Both the position numbers and the translations under genes were made by a program. This document shows positions 1 to 9,929 of a stretch of 64,000 nt of DNA, one piece after another (positions within the stretch are counted from its first letter, which is position 1; every line of letters begins with the position of its first letter). The stretch is from Candidatus Izemoplasmatales bacterium (lineage in GTDB: Bacteria > Bacillota_I > Bacilli_A > Izemoplasmatales > Hujiaoplasmataceae), in NCBI GenBank assembly GCA_034007385.1, contig JAVEQW010000001.1, positions 38,504 to 102,503 on the forward strand, written 5' to 3'. The notes below the pieces were generated by a model. That model searched no databases, was not told the DNA's origin, and saw only the letters and a program-made list of their open reading frames with translations.

Positions 1-102
1 TTGGAAGATTATGATGCTCAGAGTAAGAATTATATTGCTTGTAAGTATTGTAAGTTCGGTTCGATTTGTTACTCTAAGAATAAGCATTTAGGTGGTGAAT
101 GA
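1..102 (+). CDS. addB: C-terminal end of AddB/RexB-type helicase-nuclease subunit B (5' end lies outside the window)
   Basis: Frame 1 is open from base 1 to TGA at 100-102 (LEDYDAQSKNYIACKYCKFGSICYSKNKHLGGE*). The C-x2-C-x5-C spacing resembles the C-terminal Fe-S cysteines of AddB nuclease domains. The stop overlaps the addA ATG (ATGA). Confidence 0.55.
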   Translation: MEDYDAQSKNYIACKYCKFGSICYSKNKHLGGE

Positions 103-3100
103 TTATGGGATTTACTGATAGCCAATTGCAAGCAATCAATATCACTGGTAAAAATGTTTTAGTCAGCGCTAGTGCTGGTTCCGGTAAAACCGGGGTTTTA
201 AAGGAACGAGTCATTGAAATGCTTAAAAAGGGTGTTTTCGTTGATGAACTTGTTGTTTTGACTTTTACTGAAGCTGCAGCTGCCGAGATGAAATCAAGGA
301 TTGTCAATGATATTTTTGAACTTGATCTAACTAAACAAATTGAAAGAATTGATAATGCAATTATCTCGACTTTTGATTCTTTCACTTTGCGTCTTGTTAA
401 GGAATATCATTATTTATTGGGTTTGGACAACAATATCGGAATCAATGATCAAGTGATAATAACTTCAAAGAAAAAAGCGCTTATTAAAAACGTTTTGGAA
501 AACTACTATCTAAATCCTTCAGAAGATTTCAGGAAGTTTTTTAAAATGTATTTTTCTAAAAGCGATATCTGGCTTGAAGAAAGTATTTATAATATTGGAG
601 AAGCTTTTCGGAAAAGACCGGATTACTTGAAAATAATCCATGATTACGATAGTTATTTCTTGAATGAAAAATTTCTAGAAGAAAAAGTAGTACTATATAT
701 CAATTCAATAAAACTTCAGATTGAAGATAATTTCGCTTTGTTTAAGAAAATTTATTTAGAAAGTGATTTCAGTTACGATACTGATTATCAAAATTATCTT
801 GAGCGTATCGATGAGTTGATAGGAGAGTTACTTAAAAAGGAAGGGGATAACTTCTTAGCTAATCTAATATCGATTTCATTTCCTACTAAACCTAGAAATA
901 AAGATACTAATAAACCGAAAATAATTGACCAAATCAATAAGATAAAAAGTGATTTTAAAGATTTGTTTTCAAGTGACAAGAGTGAGTTAATCTCTAGTTT
1001 TAAGGATAGTAAGTTTCAAACTGAAATGTTGTTGCAATTAGTTAGGGAATATCTCATTAAGTTTGAAAACATTAAAGAAGAAGAGAAATTGTTTTCATTT
1101 GATGACATTATGTTTTATGCAATCAGGTTGTTTGAAGAGTTTCCGGATGTTAGGGATAAGTTTAGAAACAACATTAAAGAAATCTTGATTGATGAGTACC
1201 AGGATACGAATGATTTACAAGATAAGTTTATCAGTTTGATTTCTAATAATAATGTTTTTATGGTTGGGGATGTGAAGCAATCGATTTATCGGTTTAGAAA
1301 CGCCAATCCTAAAAACTTTATAAGAATATATGAAGATTATTTACATAGTGACATGGGTGAATCAATCTTCTTGCAAGAAAACTTCCGTTCAAACAAATAT
1401 GTATTAGAAAGCATCAATAGAATCTTTGAACAAGTGATGACGGTTAATCGAGGGGGAGTTTTATACCAAGGTAAACAGGTTTTAATCAGCGGTTATAATG
1501 ATGATAGTTTGTTGCATCAAAAACCTGGGTTGAGGAAAATTGTTTATGATTATAAAAAGATAAAAGAAGAATATGAAGAAATTGAAAAAGCTAATGCTGA
1601 AATTGTATTGGTCTCTAAAGATATTCTTTGTAGATTAGAAAAAAGAGAAAAGGTATATGATTTAAAAAAGAAGGATTTTAGAGATTTAGAATATAAAGAC
1701 ATTACGATTTTGGTTTCACAAAAGACTGATTTTAATATCTACTTACAAGAACTGGGTAAGTATAACATCCCTGTGGAAGTTTACGATGATAAACCATTTT
1801 TTGCAGGAGACGAGATTAGATTTTTGTTTGAAATGCTAAGGTTGATCTATTGTTTTAAGGATGACGATTACTTGGTTAAAAACTTTAAATCGTCACTTTA
1901 TGGGGTAGCCAGATCTTTTGTTTATCAAGTGAAGGATCAAGAAATAATATCGTTTTTGATTAGTGAAAATGTCAGTTGCTACAAGGATTTGGAAAGTTTG
2001 ATGAATTATGATTATTTATGTCTTATCTATGATGATATAGTTGATTTAATCGCTAAAAATTGGGAATTACCGAATTATGTCATTCTGGAAGAGTTGTATA
2101 AAAAAATAAGAATTTACAAGTGTTTAGCCACATTGGAGAATCCTTCAGAGTCTGAAAGCAAAGTGGATTTCTTCTTAGAGAAAGTTAAGAGTTTAAAAGG
2201 CTTCGTCTTTAAAGACTTAATTGATTATTTGGAAATTATTATAGACGACAGCAGTTTTGATATTGAGTATAAAGAATCAAAGTCCAGAGTCAATGCTATT
2301 AAGCTTATGTCAATGCACAAGTCTAAAGGTTTGCAGTTTCCTTTAGTGTATTTAGTGGGTCTTGATAAACAGTTTCACAATCCTGAGAATAAATCTCCAT
2401 TCATCTTTAGTAAAGATTTAGGAATTCTGACTAAATCTTATAGGGATGGTTTTTATCCGAACTTTATGCAAAAACTATATTTTTCTAATGTCGAGTCAGA
2501 AGACTTATCGGAAAAGATAAGATTGCTTTATGTTGCGATGACAAGAGCTGTTAATGAGTTAGTTTTAGTTATGAACTATAACGAAGCAATCGACGAATTC
2601 AAAAACATTAATTCTTTTAGTGTCTTGTTACATCAATGTATGAGTTTGGATGAGTCGGATTTAGTTGATTTTGAGATAGATGATGATATCAAAAAGCAAA
2701 GTAGTATAGATAGTACTGAAGGAAGAATTAAAAGATTAAGATTTGATTATCAGAACGAAATCTTGGATAAGGTTTCTTACTCAAAACAAGTGAACGAGCT
2801 GCTTGACGATGAAACGATTGATTTTTTAGAAAAAGGTAGTGAGTATCATCACTATTTAGAATTGGTTGATTTCAATAATATTGAAGCTTCAACAAGAAGC
2901 TTTCCGGATATTATTAAATTAGCAATCAAGGAACTCTTAAAGAGTGAGGTTTTCAGAAGTTTAAAGAATCCTAAGTTTTATAAAGAATATGAGTTTTATG
3001 AAGAAACAGAAGCAGGGCATTTTAGAGGTATAATAGACCTTTTAATCATCGACGAATCTCAAATCATTGTAATTGATTATAAGCTTAGTAATATTGATGA

Positions 3101-3221
3101 TTTAGCTTATACCAAACAGTTAAAAGGATATTTTAATTACTTGAGAAACAAAACTGATAAATTAGTACGAGTTTTTCTATATTCATTAACACATCGGTTG
3201 TTGAAAGAAGTTAATTTGTGA
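99..3221 (+). CDS. addA: ATP-dependent helicase/nuclease subunit A (AddA/RexA, UvrD-like)
   Basis: 1040-aa ORF. Walker A SASAGSGKTGVL, UvrD-family motifs DEYQDTN and FMVGDVKQSIYRFR, late helicase motif LLYVAMTRA, and a C-terminal PD-(D/E)xK-like block GIIDLLIIDESQIIVIDYKLS. Confidence 0.85.
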   Translation: MIMGFTDSQLQAINITGKNVLVSASAGSGKTGVLKERVIEMLKKGVFVDELVVLTFTEAAAAEMKSRIVNDIFELDLTKQIERIDNAIISTFDSFTLRLVKEYHYLLGLDNNIGINDQVIITSKKKALIKNVLENYYLNPSEDFRKFFKMYFSKSDIWLEESIYNIGEAFRKRPDYLKIIHDYDSYFLNEKFLEEKVVLYINSIKLQIEDNFALFKKIYLESDFSYDTDYQNYLERIDELIGELLKKEGDNFLANLISISFPTKPRNKDTNKPKIIDQINKIKSDFKDLFSSDKSELISSFKDSKFQTEMLLQLVREYLIKFENIKEEEKLFSFDDIMFYAIRLFEEFPDVRDKFRNNIKEILIDEYQDTNDLQDKFISLISNNNVFMVGDVKQSIYRFRNANPKNFIRIYEDYLHSDMGESIFLQENFRSNKYVLESINRIFEQVMTVNRGGVLYQGKQVLISGYNDDSLLHQKPGLRKIVYDYKKIKEEYEEIEKANAEIVLVSKDILCRLEKREKVYDLKKKDFRDLEYKDITILVSQKTDFNIYLQELGKYNIPVEVYDDKPFFAGDEIRFLFEMLRLIYCFKDDDYLVKNFKSSLYGVARSFVYQVKDQEIISFLISENVSCYKDLESLMNYDYLCLIYDDIVDLIAKNWELPNYVILEELYKKIRIYKCLATLENPSESESKVDFFLEKVKSLKGFVFKDLIDYLEIIIDDSSFDIEYKESKSRVNAIKLMSMHKSKGLQFPLVYLVGLDKQFHNPENKSPFIFSKDLGILTKSYRDGFYPNFMQKLYFSNVESEDLSEKIRLLYVAMTRAVNELVLVMNYNEAIDEFKNINSFSVLLHQCMSLDESDLVDFEIDDDIKKQSSIDSTEGRIKRLRFDYQNEILDKVSYSKQVNELLDDETIDFLEKGSEYHHYLELVDFNNIEASTRSFPDIIKLAIKELLKSEVFRSLKNPKFYKEYEFYEETEAGHFRGIIDLLIIDESQIIVIDYKLSNIDDLAYTKQLKGYFNYLRNKTDKLVRVFLYSLTHRLLKEVNL

Positions 3222-3255
3222 TAAAATAATAATTACATGAGGGGTTGATTAATCT

Positions 3256-4191
3256 ATGGGAATTGATATGTTTGATCGGGCTAAAGAGTTCTTTATAGCT
3301 AAAAACTATAAAGATGCTTTTACGTTGTTTAGAAAAATTAATAAGGAAAATCCCGAAGCTGCTTATTATCTAGGACTGATGTATTATTATGGCTACTATG
3401 TTGATGCTGACGATAATTTAGCTTTTGCTAATTTTAAATTGGCATGGGAAGGTCTTCATGAAGAAGGTATTTACATGCTTGGAAGAATGTATGAAGAAGG
3501 CAAGGGAGTAGAAAAGAATTACGAGCAGGCTTTCAAATTATATCAAGCTGCTTTGCATAGTGATAATGCTAAATTGAGAATAGCGAATTTTTATGAGACT
3601 GGTAAGTTTGTTTCTAAGAGCGTTACTAATGCGATAAAAATCTATAATGAATTGCAGAAGAAAAACAATGCTTTTGCGATGTATAAAATCGGCTCTTTTT
3701 ACTTTAGCGGTGAGGGATTGAAGAAGGATTTGAACAATGCTTATAAATGGTTGAATAAGGCTTTGTTAGCAGGAAGTGTTGAAGCGATGAACCATTTCCG
3801 AATTATTGGAACAAAGAGCAAAACTGACACAAGAACCACCCAAGATTTGTTTAATGCGGGTAGAGCTTTGGTCAATAAAAAGCAGGTTGAAGATGCTTTG
3901 CCTTATTTAGAGGTAGCGGCTAAAGAAAGGTTTTTACCGGCAATTTCTTTAATGTATGAAATCTATAAAAACGGTATAGGTGTTGATAGAGATTTAGTAT
4001 CTGCATATAAGGTACTGAAGCGTTATGAATCTTATAAAGAACCAGAGATTTATTATTTGATTGGACAGACTTTTGAGAATGGAGAAGGAGTAGATTCTTC
4101 TTATGTTTTGGCTGCAGAGTATTATGAATTGGCAAGCAATCTTGAACATGAACCTAGCTTGAAGGCTTTGAAAGAGTTAAGGGGGTATTGA
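3256..4191 (+). CDS. Sel1-like repeat (SLR/TPR-family) protein, cytoplasmic
   Basis: 311 aa with repeated ~36-aa Sel1 units (YMLGRMYEEGKGVEKNYEQAFKLYQAA; MYKIGSFYFSGEGLKKDLNNAYKWLNKA; YLIGQTFENGEGVDSSYVLAAEYYELA). No signal peptide or TM segment. GAGGGG RBS upstream. Confidence 0.8.
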   Translation: MGIDMFDRAKEFFIAKNYKDAFTLFRKINKENPEAAYYLGLMYYYGYYVDADDNLAFANFKLAWEGLHEEGIYMLGRMYEEGKGVEKNYEQAFKLYQAALHSDNAKLRIANFYETGKFVSKSVTNAIKIYNELQKKNNAFAMYKIGSFYFSGEGLKKDLNNAYKWLNKALLAGSVEAMNHFRIIGTKSKTDTRTTQDLFNAGRALVNKKQVEDALPYLEVAAKERFLPAISLMYEIYKNGIGVDRDLVSAYKVLKRYESYKEPEIYYLIGQTFENGEGVDSSYVLAAEYYELASNLEHEPSLKALKELRGY

Positions 4192-5909
4192 TGGTGCTTA
4201 ATCAAATGACGCCAAAAGAATTGAACGAAATCGGCGATCAATACTTTTATGGACAAGGAATAGATAATAATATTGAAGTTGCTTTTACATATTATAAAAG
4301 AGCAGCTGATCAAAATAATCCGGTTGGTTTAGCAAATGTAGGTAAGTATTTTTTAGCAAAGGCTGATCATAAACAGGCATTTGATTATTATGAAAAAAGT
4401 GCTTTGATGAATTATCCTTTAGCATATGTTAAACTGAGCGATATGTATCTGAATGGTATAGGTGTTAAGAGAAACAAGAAAAAAGCTTTTAAGATGATGG
4501 AAGAAGCTGTTAATCTTAATGAAACTGATGCTTATCATTTATTAGGACAATATTATATATTGGGTATCGGTACTTCAAAAAATGAGAAAAAGGCTTTAGA
4601 TTTGTTTGAAAAAAGCGCAACTAGTGAAAATGTTGAAGGAATGTATCATTTGGGATATTTGTTGTTGAATGGTAGGACAGTTAAAAATGATTTTGAAACG
4701 GCATTTTTCTATTTGGATAAAGCCGCTGTCAACAAGAGTGAAAATGCGATTAAGTATTTAAAAACTCTTTATGAAATGCCACATATTTATTTGAAGAAAA
4801 AATCGGAACTTTATCGCCAAGAAATGCTCTTTTATTATGATGAAATCTTAGCGGGTATGGATGATATCGAAGCACTGAAAAGAGTCGCGAATATATATTA
4901 TAACGGTAATGATTTTACAAAGATTAACTTTGATAAATCGATAAAGTATTTCAAGGTATTGCATAGTCTTGACGAACTTGAAGGATATTTAGGTATGGGT
5001 ACATCTTATATGTACGGTCAAGGCGTAGTAACGGATTTTGAACGCGCCAGAGATTATTTGGAAATAGCCGCAAATAGAGGAAGTTCAAGAGCGATGAATG
5101 CGCTAGGGGATATGTATCGTTTAGGTAAAGGCGTGGTTGTCGATTATGCTAAAGCGAGAGATTTTTATTTGGAAGCGGCTAAGAATAATGAAGTGGAAGC
5201 CTTGATAAACTTGGGCTTATTACATTATAGGAAGCAAATTAAAAACGCTAATGACGGTTTGGCATTGCAGTTTATGACTAAAGCTTCCGAACTTGATAAT
5301 TCAGCTAGTTTTTATTGGCTTGGAGTTTTCCATGAAAAAGGTATCGGTGTTACAAGCAATAAGGAGTCGGCAAAAAAGAATTTGATTAAAGCGATTGACA
5401 AAGGTAATACTGGAGCGAAGTATAAATTAGCCCAGATCATTTATGACGAAACTGTTTCAGGAAAGATATCCAAGAAAAAATTAGATAAGAATTTTCTTGA
5501 GGTTAAGAAGTTATTGATTGATTATATCAGTAGTCCTTTGGCTCAAGAGGTTAACGTGCTTTATTCAATGCAAATGTTAGGTGATATTCATGCCAACTCA
5601 AGTTTTAGCGAAGCTTCTTTAAAGGTGATGAGGTATTGGTATGAAATTGCGGCTGAGAAAGGTTTTTCCAAAGCTTGCGTCAAGATGTATGATATCTTGA
5701 AAGATATAGAAGCAAAACGCGCACTTTTTTGGCTTAATAAAGCCGTTGAAAAGCCAAGTAATGGTGAGGAATTTTATAAACTAAGTAAAGTTTATGAAGA
5801 AGGGTTGCACGGAATAATGCCTAATAAAATCAAGTCTTTGGAACTTTTGAAAAAATCAGCTGAACTTAATTATCAACCTGCATTAGCAAAATTGACAATG
5901 ATGAAATAA
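4191..5909 (+). CDS. Large Sel1-like repeat protein, cytoplasmic
   Basis: More than 10 Sel1 units (YHLLGQYYILGIGTSKNEKKALDLFEKSA; ALGDMYRLGKGVVVDYAKARDFYLEAA; FYWLGVFHEKGIGVTSNKESAKKNLIKA). TGATG stop/start overlap with the upstream SLR gene. ATG 4191 is preferred over TTG 4188 because of its spacing from AGGGGG. Confidence 0.8.
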   Translation: MVLNQMTPKELNEIGDQYFYGQGIDNNIEVAFTYYKRAADQNNPVGLANVGKYFLAKADHKQAFDYYEKSALMNYPLAYVKLSDMYLNGIGVKRNKKKAFKMMEEAVNLNETDAYHLLGQYYILGIGTSKNEKKALDLFEKSATSENVEGMYHLGYLLLNGRTVKNDFETAFFYLDKAAVNKSENAIKYLKTLYEMPHIYLKKKSELYRQEMLFYYDEILAGMDDIEALKRVANIYYNGNDFTKINFDKSIKYFKVLHSLDELEGYLGMGTSYMYGQGVVTDFERARDYLEIAANRGSSRAMNALGDMYRLGKGVVVDYAKARDFYLEAAKNNEVEALINLGLLHYRKQIKNANDGLALQFMTKASELDNSASFYWLGVFHEKGIGVTSNKESAKKNLIKAIDKGNTGAKYKLAQIIYDETVSGKISKKKLDKNFLEVKKLLIDYISSPLAQEVNVLYSMQMLGDIHANSSFSEASLKVMRYWYEIAAEKGFSKACVKMYDILKDIEAKRALFWLNKAVEKPSNGEEFYKLSKVYEEGLHGIMPNKIKSLELLKKSAELNYQPALAKLTMMK

Positions 5910-5936
5910 ATGTATTAAATTCCTATCAAGGAGCTT

Positions 5937-8306
5937 ATGATGAGACATATTAAACCTGTAAAAATTGCTAAATTGATTGAGATACCTTTAATTGTGGTTT
6001 TGATTATCATGATGTTTTTTGCATTTGTTTTTACTAGTTATATTAAGAATAACTATGAAGAAAACTTAGTTGAGAATCAAGTTGTAATCGCTCAATCTTT
6101 TGCAAATCAGATTTCTTTGAATTATGAATTTAGAGACGGGATAATTAAGGATATAGATGAAGTTAACCTTTCTGTCGCAAATTACGTGCTCTCGCAAAAG
6201 GATCTGTTAAGCAATGAGTTCTTAGCTGATATTGCTAGTGTTAGATCGATTGACTATATTGCATATTATAGTTCTGAAGGTGAAGTGATTTATGATTCGC
6301 TTTCTGAATTTATTGGTTGGACCGCTTCAATAGGCGATCCTATTTATAGTTTTATGATTTCAGGATTGGATGAATTTGTTGAAGACATTCGTAATCACAC
6401 TGATTATGATTATCTAGTTAAAAGTGCATATGTTAGGGATGAAGACGGAAGTTTCATTCAAGTTGTTAGCGTGCTTTCAACAATCGAGTCGGAACTTGCT
6501 TTATTTGAAAATGAAGTTTTAATCGATAATTTAAAAGATGCGTCTATAAATCTTGACTATATATTGATGCTTAATGAGGAAAATACTGTAATTGTAGATT
6601 CTGAAGATAAGCGCTTGGGAGTTTCTTTTGATGATGAAAGTTATACCGAAGCTATGCAAGGAGAAGTTGTTTCACACAAAGTAAGTATATTAGATTATAA
6701 AGATTTGTATATGGAAACGATCGCACCTATTTATTATGATGGAGAGATTGTCGGTTCAATAGTTATAGGGATGTCGTTATCAGGATTAAATCAGATTATA
6801 TCGAATTATAGTTTAATATTTTTAATCATCATTATGGTTTTATTTACTCTATATGCTTTATTTCAATGGTATTTTGTGTTAAGACCGTTAAGGTTATTAA
6901 ATATCCATTTTGAGAATAACAGGTACAATCAAATGATTCCTAAAATTAAGAAGAATATTTTCGAGGGATTGTTTTCATCGGTTAATACATTCTTGGAGAT
7001 TATTAATAAGGATAACGAAACAATTAAAAATGAAGTAAGGAAGAATGATTTTTTAGCTAATCATGATTTTCTAACCGGATTATGGAATCGACGCGGATTG
7101 GTCAAGTTACTGTATGATTGGGTTGATAAAGATAAACAGTTTTTGATAGTCTATTTCGATTTGGATAACTTCAAACATTATAATGATTTGAGAGGTCATG
7201 ATTTTGGCGATAAGATTTTATTAAACTTAGCTGAAAGATTAACGCTCATTGCAAGCGAGACAATGTTGGTATCAAGATTTGGCGGCGATGAGTTTGTAAT
7301 CGCGATTGATAAAAGCGTTTCTGACAATGTAAGTTCTTCAATAGCCAGTATTATCAACTTGATTGAAGAAGATATTTATATTGACGGCTTCAAATGTTAT
7401 CTGTTAGCCAGCATTGGTATAGCTGAGTATAAAGTACATAGTTTTGATGTTGTAGATGTGATTTCTAAAGCTGAAAAAGCAATGTATGAAGCGAAAAAAT
7501 CAAGTAGCAGCAAAGTTTATTACTTTACTGAGGATCTAGTCGAAAGAAACAATAAAAATCTGCAGCTAGTCGAATTGTTAAAAGAATGTGTTGCTAATGA
7601 TGGATTTGAGATGTATTATCAACCACAGGTTGACTGTAAGACTCAGGAAATCGTTGCTTTTGAAGCGTTGTTAAGAATTAAAAATAACAATATGTCACCG
7701 GGAATATTTGTTCCTGTAGCGGAGAAAGCAGGTTTGATGAATAAGATTGGTCAAATTGTAATTGATCAGGTTACTGAGCAAATTTCAGTTTGGAAAGATA
7801 AAGGATTTAAACTCTATCCAGTGTTCATAAATCTTTCTCCAATTCAACTATATGATCAAGAAATTGTTTTTTCAATCAAGAAGAAATTAGATGATTACGG
7901 TATCGATCCAAAGTATTTTGGAATTGAGATAACCGAAAATTTGTTTATTGATAAAGAGAAAAGGATTCTAGACTTGTTGCATGATTTTAAAAAATTAGGT
8001 ATATTAATCGCAATTGACGATTTTGGTTCAGGTCAAGCTGGAGTCAATTATTTGACTAATTTTGAAGTGGATATCATTAAAACCAGCAAGAGTGTTGCGG
8101 ACAAGTTCTTGAATGAAAAAGGTGTAATAGTTTTTAGTACTATCATTAAACTTTGTCATTCATTAGGTTTTAAAGTAATTGCTGAAGGAATCGAAAGTAA
8201 AGAACAAGTTGAATATTTACTTGAAATGGGTGTGAAAATGATTCAAGGATATTATTATTACCGCCCAATGAAACTTGAGGACATTGAAAAAGACATATTG
8301 CAATAG
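5937..8306 (+). CDS. Membrane sensor: dCache-like ectodomain, GGDEF diguanylate cyclase, EAL phosphodiesterase
   Basis: TM1 at about res 15-35, a ~255-aa double PAS-like ectodomain, and TM2 at about res 292-316. GGDEF domain (DFLTGLWNRRGL, DLDNFKHYND, RFGGDEF at nt 7281-7295). EAL domain (YYQPQV...FEALLR at 7662-7670, NLSP, EITE, DDFGSGQAG, AEGIES, QGYYYYRP). Confidence 0.9.
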   Translation: MMRHIKPVKIAKLIEIPLIVVLIIMMFFAFVFTSYIKNNYEENLVENQVVIAQSFANQISLNYEFRDGIIKDIDEVNLSVANYVLSQKDLLSNEFLADIASVRSIDYIAYYSSEGEVIYDSLSEFIGWTASIGDPIYSFMISGLDEFVEDIRNHTDYDYLVKSAYVRDEDGSFIQVVSVLSTIESELALFENEVLIDNLKDASINLDYILMLNEENTVIVDSEDKRLGVSFDDESYTEAMQGEVVSHKVSILDYKDLYMETIAPIYYDGEIVGSIVIGMSLSGLNQIISNYSLIFLIIIMVLFTLYALFQWYFVLRPLRLLNIHFENNRYNQMIPKIKKNIFEGLFSSVNTFLEIINKDNETIKNEVRKNDFLANHDFLTGLWNRRGLVKLLYDWVDKDKQFLIVYFDLDNFKHYNDLRGHDFGDKILLNLAERLTLIASETMLVSRFGGDEFVIAIDKSVSDNVSSSIASIINLIEEDIYIDGFKCYLLASIGIAEYKVHSFDVVDVISKAEKAMYEAKKSSSSKVYYFTEDLVERNNKNLQLVELLKECVANDGFEMYYQPQVDCKTQEIVAFEALLRIKNNNMSPGIFVPVAEKAGLMNKIGQIVIDQVTEQISVWKDKGFKLYPVFINLSPIQLYDQEIVFSIKKKLDDYGIDPKYFGIEITENLFIDKEKRILDLLHDFKKLGILIAIDDFGSGQAGVNYLTNFEVDIIKTSKSVADKFLNEKGVIVFSTIIKLCHSLGFKVIAEGIESKEQVEYLLEMGVKMIQGYYYYRPMKLEDIEKDILQ

Positions 8307-8462
8307 TGTAAAAATTCTAAAGTCAAAATTATATTTGAATCTTGGTTTTATAAGGTTTGATAATTTTGGCTTTTTATATTACTTTATTTTGATAAGTTAG
8401 GTTGTTAAATGACCGAAAACAAAGTAAAATATTTGGTATACAAACAAAACTTTGGGGGATAT

Positions 8463-9257
8463 ATGGCAAGATTATACTTTTTAAGTGATGTAGCTTTGGT
8501 TAAAGATGCATGGTGGCTTTATTTAATGGGATTTATTGTAACGATATTCATTATCGGCGGATCGCTTTATTTTGCGTTTAAAGCCTATAAAAGATCTAAG
8601 GAACTAAACATGCCTAAGGAAAAGATCAAGAAGGTTGTTGTATCAAGCGTAAGTTTTTCGATTTTACCTTCAATTGGTATTTTTATCGGGGTTATTACCA
8701 TGGCAGGTTTGCTTGGGGTTCCGTTACCTTGGATTAGGTTAAGTGTTCTAGGGGCTCTGCATTATGAACTTATGGCAGTTAGCGTAGCTGCAGATGGAGT
8801 TACGGTAGCGACTCTAAAGGTTGAGAATTTTGTAACAATTGCTTTTGTGATGACGATTGCGATTATCTGGGGTAGTTTATTCGCTTTATTTTTCTTTAAA
8901 AAATATCAGAAAAAGTTTGTAGATAAAGTTGATGTCAGTGATAAGAAAAGTTTTTCTGGTTTGATATTCCAATCTGTCTTCATCGGTTTGATTTCAGCTT
9001 ATTTCGGTGACGCTTTCGCAAAGATGATCAATTATGAGGTCAAAGAAGTTGTTGATGGGGCTTATACCGGCAACGTTTTGGATAAGACTACTTTTGTACC
9101 TTTGATTGTTTTTATTTCGAGTTTTATCTTTATGGCGTTCTTTGATTATCTTGCGAACAAGAAGAATCAAAGATGGTTGGAGAACTTTCAATTATCATTG
9201 TCAATGATTTTAGGAATGACGATTGCAGTGTTGTTCGGTTTAGGAGGTATCTACTAA
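8463..9257 (+). CDS. Polytopic (~7 TM) membrane protein of unknown function (possibly DUF5058-type; family not verified)
   Basis: ORF is open from 8409. ATG 8463 (MARLYFLSD...) follows a GGGGGA RBS at good spacing. About seven hydrophobic helices. No recognisable catalytic or transporter signature. Confidence 0.6.
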   Translation: MARLYFLSDVALVKDAWWLYLMGFIVTIFIIGGSLYFAFKAYKRSKELNMPKEKIKKVVVSSVSFSILPSIGIFIGVITMAGLLGVPLPWIRLSVLGALHYELMAVSVAADGVTVATLKVENFVTIAFVMTIAIIWGSLFALFFFKKYQKKFVDKVDVSDKKSFSGLIFQSVFIGLISAYFGDAFAKMINYEVKEVVDGAYTGNVLDKTTFVPLIVFISSFIFMAFFDYLANKKNQRWLENFQLSLSMILGMTIAVLFGLGGIY

Positions 9258-9913
9258 TGAAGAATTATCGTGAAGAGATGCATTTTAAAGGTAGGATATT
9301 TACTGTAATCGGCATTATTGTAATGTTGACAGTGCCGTTTGTGATTTGGTTAGTTACTGGGGTTACGCCAAATAATCAAAAACTTCTTGTCGGTATCGCC
9401 ACTTTATCTTTGATTTATTTACCAGGCGGTATCATTGAAGTTTTAACCTATGGACCGATTTTAGGTACTAGTGGAACATATTTGGCATTTATTACCGGTA
9501 ATCTGGTTAATTTAAAGATTCCTTGCGTGATGAACGCTAAAGAGATTGTTGGTACAGAGATCAATACTGAAGAAAATGAGATTGTTTCAACAATCGCAGT
9601 AGCTTTTTCTTCAATTACGACTGTTGTTATTATGACTTTGGGTGTTATTATGTTAACGCCTTTAAAACCATTCTTGAATTCACCGGTTTTAGCTCCAGCA
9701 TTTAATTGGGTTGTTTCAGCTTTATTTGGTGCTTTAGGGTATAAGTATTTCAAGAATCATTTAAAGCTTGTTATCGCGCCGCTTATCTTCGTAATAATTC
9801 TAAGCGTGGTTGCTCCAAGTTTTGTTTATGGCAATATTGTTATTGTAATTGTTTTATTAGCTTTAGTGACTATCTTAGTCGCAAGAATTTTATGGCAAAA
9901 GAAGTTAATCTAA
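9257..9913 (+). CDS. Polytopic (~7 TM) membrane protein of unknown function, partner of the upstream gene
   Basis: TAATG overlap with the upstream stop. TAGGAGG RBS at 9241-9247. Begins MKNYREEMHFKG. The track ORF start at 9173 lies inside the upstream gene and lacks an RBS. Confidence 0.65.
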   Translation: MKNYREEMHFKGRIFTVIGIIVMLTVPFVIWLVTGVTPNNQKLLVGIATLSLIYLPGGIIEVLTYGPILGTSGTYLAFITGNLVNLKIPCVMNAKEIVGTEINTEENEIVSTIAVAFSSITTVVIMTLGVIMLTPLKPFLNSPVLAPAFNWVVSALFGALGYKYFKNHLKLVIAPLIFVIILSVVAPSFVYGNIVIVIVLLALVTILVARILWQKKLI

Positions 9914-9929
9914 GGAGGAATGGCGAAGT

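Noticed and set aside
74-385. 103-aa minus-strand ORF at the addB/addA junction
   Set aside because: It is antisense to the AddA Walker A region, which is unmistakable. I treat it as a shadow ORF.
8326-8380. Possible terminator after the GGDEF-EAL gene (GTCAAAATTA ... TAATTTTGGC followed by a T-run)
   Set aside because: The stem is A/T-rich and encloses a ~29-nt loop, so it is too weak and irregular to call without folding energy calculations.
9173-9256. Longer N-terminal start for the second 7-TM protein
   Set aside because: The extension lies inside the upstream gene and lacks an RBS. The TAATG-coupled ATG 9257 has a perfect TAGGAGG SD.
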